A DNA stretch of 64,000 nucleotides from an uncultured Candidatus Saccharibacteria bacterium (lineage in GTDB: Bacteria > Patescibacteriota > Minisyncoccia > Phycocordibacterales > DATDWN01): contig CAYRRP010000001.1 of the NCBI GenBank assembly GCA_964426735.1, forward strand, positions 157,226 to 221,225, given 5' to 3'. The notes beneath the pieces are model-generated. The model saw only the letters and a list, made by a program, of their open reading frames with translations. It had not been told where the DNA came from and did not search any database. Below, piece by piece: positions 56,122-64,000 of this stretch (position 1 is the stretch's first letter; every line of letters begins with the position of its first letter). The translations under genes were made by a program, and so were the position numbers.

Positions 56122-56149
56122 CATACGAAAAATATACCACACCAACACT

Positions 56150-56899
56150 CTAAAGCCAAGATTGTATCAGTTTTTCTGTATGAGCTGGGTTTTGTACTTT
56201 TATACATTCTACTCCTGTAGAAATCGCTGGGTAATCATTACCCCCAGGAAACAAGGCATCTCCTACAAATATAATCTCCGCATCAGTAAGTTTCAAATAC
56301 TCTTGCAATCGGTCAATCGCTGTCGCTTTATTTGCACCTAATGCAGTAATATCGATAGTCGTCATACCTCCAATCTGGATATTAAACTCTGGAATTATTT
56401 TTTTGAGCTCTCGCACTATTTCTTCTCGTTTTTTATGATCCGAATCCCAAAGAGCTTTTACAGACACAGGTGCATTTTGTCCGAGGGCAGAAAAACTCAT
56501 TTGTGAACCTCGATCTTCAAGACGCTCTCCGTATATTTCCGCAGGAAAAACAATCGGAACATGATTGAGTACTGTAGAAAACGCATGTGTAATTTTTTGT
56601 TTTTCTTCGGGAGTAAGGTCTCTTGAAAATACACATGTCCACATATTATTTTCATAAACATACAGACGTGTACCTGATGTTGGCATCAAATACAGATTAT
56701 GAAAACAATCATGATGAGTAAATGGAGCAAGTACTTGCTTTTCAAATTGAGGAAAATTGCCTCCAGAAATAATTGCTACTTTTTTAATACTCAATAACCG
56801 CTCTACAAGCTCAACCATCGAGTGAGTGAGTGATGATTTACTCTCTGCAAGAGTCGAATCTAAGTCAAATATAATAAGTTTTGCTTCTGTAAAAGACAT
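56150..56899 (-). CDS. HAD-IIB hydrolase, eukaryote-type phosphomannomutase-like
   Basis: FDLDSTL, EDRGSQ, GG.TTID, GDALFPGGND. Confidence 0.85.
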   Translation of the reverse strand: MSFTEAKLIIFDLDSTLAESKSSLTHSMVELVERLLSIKKVAIISGGNFPQFEKQVLAPFTHHDCFHNLYLMPTSGTRLYVYENNMWTCVFSRDLTPEEKQKITHAFSTVLNHVPIVFPAEIYGERLEDRGSQMSFSALGQNAPVSVKALWDSDHKKREEIVRELKKIIPEFNIQIGGMTTIDITALGANKATAIDRLQEYLKLTDAEIIFVGDALFPGGNDYPAISTGVECIKVQNPAHTEKLIQSWL

Positions 56900-56906
56900 A
56901 GATATA

Positions 56907-58805
56907 TTATACCGTAAGCATAGCTAATAGTTTATCTAGTGCAATAGTCGCGACTCCGACTTTGTCATCTGCTGCACCATAATATATATACATCTCACCG
57001 TTTCGTTCTATAATCCCACATGGAAACACTACATGTGACACAACACCTTTTTGCTCATATTCTTCAAGAGGTTCAAAGAATGGTATAGCTGTTCGAGCTC
57101 TCACAATAGTAGGATTTTCAAGATCAAGAAGTACACATCCTACTCGATATGTCGTACTCGATGAGACACCATGATACAACACAAGCCACCCTTCTTTTGT
57201 TTTGATTGCAGGTGTCGATATACCAACCTTTCCTCCATCCCACATCCCTTTTCGTGGAGAAATGATGTCGATACATTCTTTAAGTACGATTTCATCAAGA
57301 CGTAAACTTGGTACAAAATCTGCACACACATGATTGCCAATACGATGGATAATCATATACGCACCACCGATAGGTTCTGGAATAAAGATAGCGTCTTTAT
57401 CAACAATCCCTTCAGGACTAATCGCCCGAGGCATTTCCCATTTGTCCCATGCTTGTGCAAGAAAATCTTGTATTGAAATCGAGGTTACAGCGACTCGAGG
57501 AGTTACACCATTGTAGGCTGTGTACAACATATAGATTGTATCTTCCACTCGTATCAACCGGGGATCTTCACACCCATGAGCACCACCATTTGGATTGAGT
57601 TCAAATGGCGCACGAGGAACATAAATCGGTGCGTCATGTCGATAATCTATCGACAACCCGTCACGTGACGTAGCATACCCGATTGTTGATATATTCCCTT
57701 CTGCAACCGCTCGATACAAAATATGAACAGTACCGTCAATATCAATCGCACCAGGGTTCAGTGTCCCTCCTGCTTCAAATACCATCCCTGGACGCGGAAT
57801 AATAATCGGATTACCAGCATATCGCACAATCGAATCCATATGTGGATTACTGATACTCTTCAGTAAATTTTCCAACGGTATGGTCGCTTTACAACAATGA
57901 GTATCTGATGCTCCATAATAGATAACAAAATTATCTTTTTCTATTTCTGCACCAGTTGGAAATGTAATATGTGCCACTTGTCCGATTTTTTCATAATATG
58001 CTTCAGGTACCATACACGGACCCTTTGTTCTCCCGATCACTTTTCGTGGATTCTCAAGATCAAGTAATACAATTTCAACACCAAATACCGGATTTCCATT
58101 GGTATAATTTTGGACATGTGAATATGCAACAAGCCACCCTTCTTTTGTCTTGACGGGTGTCGAACCGAGTTCCAAATGATCATACTCACTACGCCTCAAA
58201 GAAAGCTTATGTGCATCAAGCGTCTGCACCCACGTGTTCCAATAGGCTTCATTCCAGATATCTTCAACAGTATCAAATTCTGCATAACAAATATCTGAAG
58301 GTGGGATGTCGGTATGATATGACAAGAGTACCGCCACTTTTCCATTTATTTTTTCGGGAAACATAACCATCGCTTTCGCATTAAATGGAGTAACCTTGTG
58401 ACGTTCATCTACAGTTTTTAAGTCTTTAGTGAGTGCAACAGCTACCTTGATGTTATCCGCACCAAACGGCACATCACTCAGCGCTGTATAAAATACATAA
58501 TACGTATCTCCGAGTTTAGTGACTCGAGGATCTTCACATCCATATCGGTCATACGGTTCTTGTGGTGCCACCAACACACTTCGATCTGTATACAACACAC
58601 CATCAGACGACGAAGCACTCCCGATAACCGATACGCTCATATGAGGCTCTCGTAATTCATCTGGTTCTGACATTGCCCGATATACCAAAAATTTCTTATC
58701 ACCATGCTGTACTGGAGACGGATTAAATGCTGCATATGCTTCCCATGGATGTTCTTTCTTCGGAGACAACAGTGGATTGTACTCAAACCGGTTCAATGTA
58801 AACAT
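56907..58805 (-). CDS. Tandem double-domain GH130-family glycoside phosphorylase/hydrolase
   Basis: Two (F/L)NP...YRA...GCEDPR...(F)P.G...YYGA.D domains. Confidence 0.88.
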   Translation of the reverse strand: MFTLNRFEYNPLLSPKKEHPWEAYAAFNPSPVQHGDKKFLVYRAMSEPDELREPHMSVSVIGSASSSDGVLYTDRSVLVAPQEPYDRYGCEDPRVTKLGDTYYVFYTALSDVPFGADNIKVAVALTKDLKTVDERHKVTPFNAKAMVMFPEKINGKVAVLLSYHTDIPPSDICYAEFDTVEDIWNEAYWNTWVQTLDAHKLSLRRSEYDHLELGSTPVKTKEGWLVAYSHVQNYTNGNPVFGVEIVLLDLENPRKVIGRTKGPCMVPEAYYEKIGQVAHITFPTGAEIEKDNFVIYYGASDTHCCKATIPLENLLKSISNPHMDSIVRYAGNPIIIPRPGMVFEAGGTLNPGAIDIDGTVHILYRAVAEGNISTIGYATSRDGLSIDYRHDAPIYVPRAPFELNPNGGAHGCEDPRLIRVEDTIYMLYTAYNGVTPRVAVTSISIQDFLAQAWDKWEMPRAISPEGIVDKDAIFIPEPIGGAYMIIHRIGNHVCADFVPSLRLDEIVLKECIDIISPRKGMWDGGKVGISTPAIKTKEGWLVLYHGVSSSTTYRVGCVLLDLENPTIVRARTAIPFFEPLEEYEQKGVVSHVVFPCGIIERNGEMYIYYGAADDKVGVATIALDKLLAMLTV

Positions 58806-58823
58806 AAAGTAAATAATTAATGA

Positions 58824-59903
58824 TTAAGAACGAAGAGAAGTAAGTAATTCGGATAATGATGTTTGTGCCACGCAAATATGTTTATCTCCTCCACCATAGT
58901 AGACATGCAACACATCCCCTTTCACTACCGCACCGCATGCATACACCACACCTGGTTTCCAGTCATTTTCATACCATTCATCTGAGGTAAGTATTGGCTG
59001 AGCAGATCGTCCAATAATCCGAGTAGGATTATCTAGATCAAGAAGCATTGCTCCAAGCTTATACCGATGATCACCATGACTGCATGCATGGTAGAGCAAC
59101 AACCAACCTTCTTTAGTTTTAATTGGTGGTGGACCAGCTCCACGCATCTGATTATCCCAAAATTCTTCTCTCCCTGGCTGAGGTCCTGGTTTTCGTGGAC
59201 TACTGATTGGGGTCAGTCGTGCATCGAGAGAATCGACATACTCAATCATAACTTCAGGTACAATACTATGTATAATTGCAAATTTTCCATGTATTTTTTC
59301 AGGAAAAAGTACCCAATTTTTATGCACTGCTTTCTCTGGAGAAATGAGAACTGGTTCTGACCAATTCCAACGCTTATGCACAAGATCGTGTTTTAAAATA
59401 GAAATCACACCGATACGGATTGAACCCCAATTATCAAATGCACTAAAGGTTACGTAGATTCGTTCATCAATACAAACCATGCGAGGATCTTCACATCCAC
59501 CAAAACTTCCCCCTGAGGGATACAGGATAGGATCATAACGCTGTGGAGTTAGTGAATATTCCGGATACCCTATTGAAAATACAGGATAATTTTCATGATC
59601 ATCAAAATGTAAACCATCCTTACTTGATGCATATCCAAGACGAGACACTCCATCTCCTCCTACTGCTCGGTAGATAATATGCACTCTTCCATCATCATCA
59701 GTAAATGCGGTAGGGTTAAAGGTTTCTCCTGCTTGCCAATCCACATACGGTCGAGGAGAGAGTAGTGGATTTTTGGAATGTCGTTGTAAGTCAGTATGTT
59801 TTTTATTTTTCTTCTTTTGAAAAGACTCCGGCTTTGTGGTGATATAAAAAAATACAATGATTGTAAGAAAAAGTATGAGTCCGATTGTATAAAAGAAAAT
59901 CAT
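58824..59903 (-). CDS. GH130-family protein with N-terminal TM
   Basis: FNP, YRA, GCEDPR, KNWVLFPEKI, YYGGGD. Confidence 0.88.
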   Translation of the reverse strand: MIFFYTIGLILFLTIIVFFYITTKPESFQKKKNKKHTDLQRHSKNPLLSPRPYVDWQAGETFNPTAFTDDDGRVHIIYRAVGGDGVSRLGYASSKDGLHFDDHENYPVFSIGYPEYSLTPQRYDPILYPSGGSFGGCEDPRMVCIDERIYVTFSAFDNWGSIRIGVISILKHDLVHKRWNWSEPVLISPEKAVHKNWVLFPEKIHGKFAIIHSIVPEVMIEYVDSLDARLTPISSPRKPGPQPGREEFWDNQMRGAGPPPIKTKEGWLLLYHACSHGDHRYKLGAMLLDLDNPTRIIGRSAQPILTSDEWYENDWKPGVVYACGAVVKGDVLHVYYGGGDKHICVAQTSLSELLTSLRS

Positions 59904-59906
59904 ATA

Positions 59907-60263
59907 TTATGTTTGTACACGTCCATATTTATCATCAACTCGCACAATATCATCATCATCAAACTCACCTGTTGATATTTCGAGAAATACAAGTGGAGTA
60001 TGTCCCCCTTCTGCACGATGGTGTATCCCTGCATCGATAGTATACGTATCACCCTCATGAGCTTCAGTACGAACATCACCTACAGTCACAAAACCTGTCC
60101 CTTTTACTATGACCCAAAATTCACTTCGATGTTTATGATGCTGGAGACTGAGCGCTTCACCGGGATTGACTGTAATCATCTTTACAGTACATGAGGTGTT
60201 CCTCACAAACTCATCAAAAAATCCCCATGGTCGCTTATACTGTTGTGGAGAAAGTACGTTCAT
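59907..60263 (-). CDS. Type II mannose-6-phosphate isomerase cupin domain
   Basis: RPWG, LSLQ.H.HRSEFW, D.DDIVR..D.YGR. Confidence 0.9.
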   Translation of the reverse strand: MNVLSPQQYKRPWGFFDEFVRNTSCTVKMITVNPGEALSLQHHKHRSEFWVIVKGTGFVTVGDVRTEAHEGDTYTIDAGIHHRAEGGHTPLVFLEISTGEFDDDDIVRVDDKYGRVQT

Positions 60264-60344
60264 AGATGCCTATAGTATAGCTCCAAAAACACAGGTTTAA
60301 ATACTACACCTGTGTATAACTACATAATTCTTTTTTATACAACC

Positions 60345-61298
60345 TTAGTACAATTTTACTCCTATCACTTCCTTCACTTCTTCCATCTTCTTAATTGCTT
60401 TTTCTCGAGCACGTTGACCACCTTCTTTGAGCACATCAAGTACATAGTCCGTATCAGATGCGAGTTGAGCGCGTTTTTCACGCAGCGGTGTAATAAATGC
60501 TTTCAAGTCAACAATGAGAGCTTCTTTAAGAGCTTTATACTTTCCTTTGTTCTCTTCATACAAAGATGCTAATTCTGCCTCTGTTTTGAAAAGCTTATGT
60601 ATTGCGTATACGTTTTCAGGAACATCACCACCTGAATCAGTGACGATAGACATTACTGCTTTTTCTATCTCCGCGTCACTTGCGAAAAGTGGAATCGTGT
60701 TTCCATAACTTTTTGACATTTTTCGTCCATCAATACCCGGAACAACCGCAACTTCAGAAATAATTTTTGCTTCAGGAAGTTTCAAAACATCAGATGCAAA
60801 TACATGATTAAACTTAAGAGCAGTATCACGTGTATATTCAACGTGTTGTTTCTGGTCTTGTCCTACAGGTACTACATCAGTATCGTACAGTAAGATATCA
60901 GCAGCCATAAGCATAGGATAATTAAATGTCCCCACAGAAATCTCTTTATCTTTTGCCTCAGCATCTTTGTATGCATGAGCTCGCATCAAATACGGCATCG
61001 TAGTGATCGTATCAAAAATCCACGCAAGCTCAGTGTGTTCAGGAACATCAGATTGTTTAAAGATGAGTGATTTTTGTGGATCAAGTCCAAGCGCTAAATA
61101 GTCGAGGGCAAGATCAACAATCTGCTGTTTCATTTCTGTTTTATCTTGAGTCAAGTTGAGCGCATGATAATCAGCAATCATATACATTGCAGTATATTCA
61201 TCCTGCATATCTACAAACTGCTTCATTGCACCAAAATAATTACCAATATGTGGTCGTCCTGTTGGTTTTACTCCTGAAAGTAAGATTTTTTTGTTCAT
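60345..61298 (-). CDS. trpS: Tryptophan--tRNA ligase
   Basis: HIGN, YP.LMAADIL, PVGQDQ.QH, KMSKS. Confidence 0.97.
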   Translation of the reverse strand: MNKKILLSGVKPTGRPHIGNYFGAMKQFVDMQDEYTAMYMIADYHALNLTQDKTEMKQQIVDLALDYLALGLDPQKSLIFKQSDVPEHTELAWIFDTITTMPYLMRAHAYKDAEAKDKEISVGTFNYPMLMAADILLYDTDVVPVGQDQKQHVEYTRDTALKFNHVFASDVLKLPEAKIISEVAVVPGIDGRKMSKSYGNTIPLFASDAEIEKAVMSIVTDSGGDVPENVYAIHKLFKTEAELASLYEENKGKYKALKEALIVDLKAFITPLREKRAQLASDTDYVLDVLKEGGQRAREKAIKKMEEVKEVIGVKLY

Positions 61299-61375
61299 AG
61301 AAAAATCATATCATGAATCAATTAAAAATTCATATTGAGCAAGTCGTAAAGCAATAGTATACTAGGTACACTTAT

Positions 61376-63193
61376 ATGATAAAAAACGACTCAACAAAAG
61401 ACAATAATTCATTATCAAACTTTACAGATTTAATAAAAAATTCGTGGCGCATTGGAAAACTTGTATGGGAACAAACTCCTTGGATACTTTTTTTCATGCT
61501 CATATCTACACTCAGCATAGGTGTGTTACCAGTATTTGCATCCCAAGCATTGGGAACTTTAATTGATACGATTATTGAAGCTATTAAACTCAGTTCGATT
61601 GATACCGTATATCCCGCACTCTTTTGGTTTGCAGTATTTACCACACTCCCATCACTGATCCGAGTATTGTACCGTTTCCTTGATCGGCACTTATTTCTTC
61701 GCCTGCAGGATTTTCTGGACATACTCATGCTCAAAAAAAGAGGTTCGTTTGATATCTCTCAATATGAAGACACTACATTTCAAGACAGACTTCAACGTGC
61801 ATTCAATAATGGTAACTATCCTCTCATCGCTGTAGCTGATGGACAGCTTCGCAATCTAGAAATAATCGCGGGAATTATTGTAAGCTCTATAGCTACCATC
61901 GCAATTGATTGGAGAGTATTTCTGATAGTTCTCGTCACTTCAATACCTGAATTTTGGGTAGAAATCAAATACGGCAGCAAGCTCTGGTCAATCAATATGA
62001 AGAACAGTTACGAACAACGTCGCTATCAAGACTTACGACGCTTCTTTACTTCACGTACCTCTGTTATAGACGGTAAACTCAGTCAAGTCGGAGATAAGTT
62101 TTTGCAAGAAATAAAGAAAATTTTGACAGGATTCACTGACGAGCAACTTTCAAGTGAAAGCTGGAAAAGTTCAGCAAAACTTTTTACTAGTGCATTTAGC
62201 ATGATTGGTTTATTTATTGGGACCACCCTTATCGTCCAAGAATCTATAGCCGGAGCAGTGGCTATCGGTACTGTAGTGTTTATGTTTCAAACTTTAAGTC
62301 GTATCAACGGCTGGGCATCAAGTATGCTTTCAAACACTGCTCGTCTACTCGAACGCAACCTATATGTTACAGATATTTTTGGTGTATTAGATGAAAAACC
62401 GACAATGATGCAGCCAGAAAAACCTGTAGCATTTGAACTTTCAAATGCACCAACAATTGTATTTGAAAATGTTTCTTTTGCATACCCATCGGAACCAGGC
62501 AAAACAATTCTAAAAAATATAAATCTCACCATCAAACCTGGAGATAAACTTGGTCTTGTTGGAAACAATGGGTCAGGAAAATCAACAATTGTACGACTTC
62601 TTCTCCGTATCCACGACCCAATCTCTGGAAGAATTACTGTAAACGGAATTGACTTACGAGATATTAATACTGAAGACTGGTGGAAATATTTAGGTGTACT
62701 CTTGCAAGATTTCACTACATACAACTTTACCGTTAAAGAATCTATTGCCGTAAGTGAACAAGGAGAAATTAATCAAGAAAGAATCGAAAAAACTGCTCAA
62801 CAAAGTACAAGTATGAGTTTTATTCAAGATCTAAAAGATACCTATGACCATATGATTGGAGTGGAGTTTGGTGGCATAGAACCATCAAAAGGCCAGCGAC
62901 AAAAACTTGCAATCGCTCGTGCACTCTACAAAGGTACTCGACTACTTGTACTCGATGAACCTACCGCATCAATCGATGCAGAATCAACAAGTACAATCTT
63001 TAGAGAATTAGAAAATCTTGATAAAAATACTTCTGCAATACTTATCTCACACAACTTCGCAACCATAAAAAAAGCTGACATGATTGTGGTATTAAAAGAC
63101 GGAGAAATTATAGAACAAGGTACACACGAAGAACTTCTTAATCTCAAAGGAAACTACGCAGACGCATATCAAAAACAAAAGAGTGAGTTTTAA
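61376..63193 (+). CDS. ABC exporter, fused TMD-ATPase
   Basis: TM domain; GNNGSGKS; signature PSKGQ; LDEPT. Confidence 0.93.
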   Translation: MIKNDSTKDNNSLSNFTDLIKNSWRIGKLVWEQTPWILFFMLISTLSIGVLPVFASQALGTLIDTIIEAIKLSSIDTVYPALFWFAVFTTLPSLIRVLYRFLDRHLFLRLQDFLDILMLKKRGSFDISQYEDTTFQDRLQRAFNNGNYPLIAVADGQLRNLEIIAGIIVSSIATIAIDWRVFLIVLVTSIPEFWVEIKYGSKLWSINMKNSYEQRRYQDLRRFFTSRTSVIDGKLSQVGDKFLQEIKKILTGFTDEQLSSESWKSSAKLFTSAFSMIGLFIGTTLIVQESIAGAVAIGTVVFMFQTLSRINGWASSMLSNTARLLERNLYVTDIFGVLDEKPTMMQPEKPVAFELSNAPTIVFENVSFAYPSEPGKTILKNINLTIKPGDKLGLVGNNGSGKSTIVRLLLRIHDPISGRITVNGIDLRDINTEDWWKYLGVLLQDFTTYNFTVKESIAVSEQGEINQERIEKTAQQSTSMSFIQDLKDTYDHMIGVEFGGIEPSKGQRQKLAIARALYKGTRLLVLDEPTASIDAESTSTIFRELENLDKNTSAILISHNFATIKKADMIVVLKDGEIIEQGTHEELLNLKGNYADAYQKQKSEF

Positions 63194-63203
63194 TATAAAA
63201 AAA

Positions 63204-63226
63204 TCCGCCGTCATAAAGACGGCGGA
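63204..63226. terminator. Hairpin between the convergent ABC genes
   Basis: TCCGCCGTC-ATAAA-GACGGCGGA. Confidence 0.7.
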
Positions 63227-63237
63227 CAAGATATCGT

Positions 63238-64000
63238 TCACATGCACACATTACTACCATGTTGCATATATTCATTCCATTGTGCCCGAAATTCAGGCGA
63301 ACTGGCGAGTAACTCATTCAACTTACCTACACCCACAATCTTCCCTTTGTCGAACATGTAAATTCGATCAAAGAGAAAAAGAAGATGAAGCCGATGAATT
63401 GACGAGATAATAGTCTTCCCTTTAAAACCATTGAAGATATTCTGATACACTTGCATTTCTGTAGTGCTATCTAGACTACTTGTAGGTTCATCAAGAAGGA
63501 CAATATCCTTACCTTCACACGCAAGGAGCCCGCGAGCAAGTGCAAGACGCTGCTGCTGACCACCTGACAAGTTTACTCCTTTCTCGTTAATCAATGAATC
63601 AAGACCGTTCGGAAGACTTGAAATCACGTCAGTAAAACAAGCCATTTCCGTAAACCGATTGACGACCAACTGATCATAGTCTGCACCCAGTGTGATATTA
63701 CCGAGGATTGTAGTTGAAAATATATCTGGATTTTGCGGCACAAGTGCGATTGCTCGACTGATACCTTCAAAACCTTCTTCGATACGTACCCCATCGACAC
63801 TCAAGTCGAGAGTTTGCGGTGGACACAACCCCCTCATTGCTTTGAGGAAAGTTGTTTTACCACTTCCACTTCCACCCACGAAAGCAATCTTCGCTCCTCG
63901 AGCAATTGAAAGTGACACATCATCAAGATGCATGTCCCCTTCTTCGCCATGGTAAGAGAAGGATAGATTGTTGATGTCTAACTTCTGCCACCCTGCAGGC
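63238..64000 (-). CDS. ABC transporter ATPase domain (5' partial)
   Basis: GGSGSGKT, LSGGQQQR, LLDEPTS. Confidence 0.92.
   Translation of the reverse strand, partial: PAGWQKLDINNLSFSYHGEEGDMHLDDVSLSIARGAKIAFVGGSGSGKTTFLKAMRGLCPPQTLDLSVDGVRIEEGFEGISRAIALVPQNPDIFSTTILGNITLGADYDQLVVNRFTEMACFTDVISSLPNGLDSLINEKGVNLSGGQQQRLALARGLLACEGKDIVLLDEPTSSLDSTTEMQVYQNIFNGFKGKTIISSIHRLHLLFLFDRIYMFDKGKIVGVGKLNELLASSPEFRAQWNEYMQHGSNVCM

Overview
AT-rich bacterial chromosome segment whose gene content points to a Patescibacteria/CPR (Parcubacteria-like) genome; this is inferred, not database-verified. Core genes: truncated alaS, the infA-rpmJ-rpsM-rpsK-rpsD-rpoA-rplQ-rplM-rpsI cluster, grpE/dnaK/dnaJ, gltX, murG/ftsW/mraY, asnB, a D,D-carboxypeptidase, scpB/scpA, archaeal-type aspS, a mannose/GH130 cluster, trpS and ABC transporters. 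Accessory content: a duplicated two-gene module for large Cys-rich surface proteins ending in YQEF, with exact internal DNA repeats, and a low-GC Sau3AI-like restriction-modification/RadC island. The most striking pattern is a two-class expression architecture. Core genes lack Shine-Dalgarno (SD) sites and many look leaderless. About 20 stand-alone cassettes (orphan ORFs or structured non-coding RNAs) sit between them, typically with a TTGACA-type promoter, a strong SD and an intrinsic terminator. At least four small repeat families are present: a ~105-bp inverted-repeat element abutting the murG and aspS start codons, REP-like palindromes, heptamer-periodic hairpins and an in-frame 18-bp palindrome. 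No rRNA, tRNA, CRISPR array or transposase was seen.
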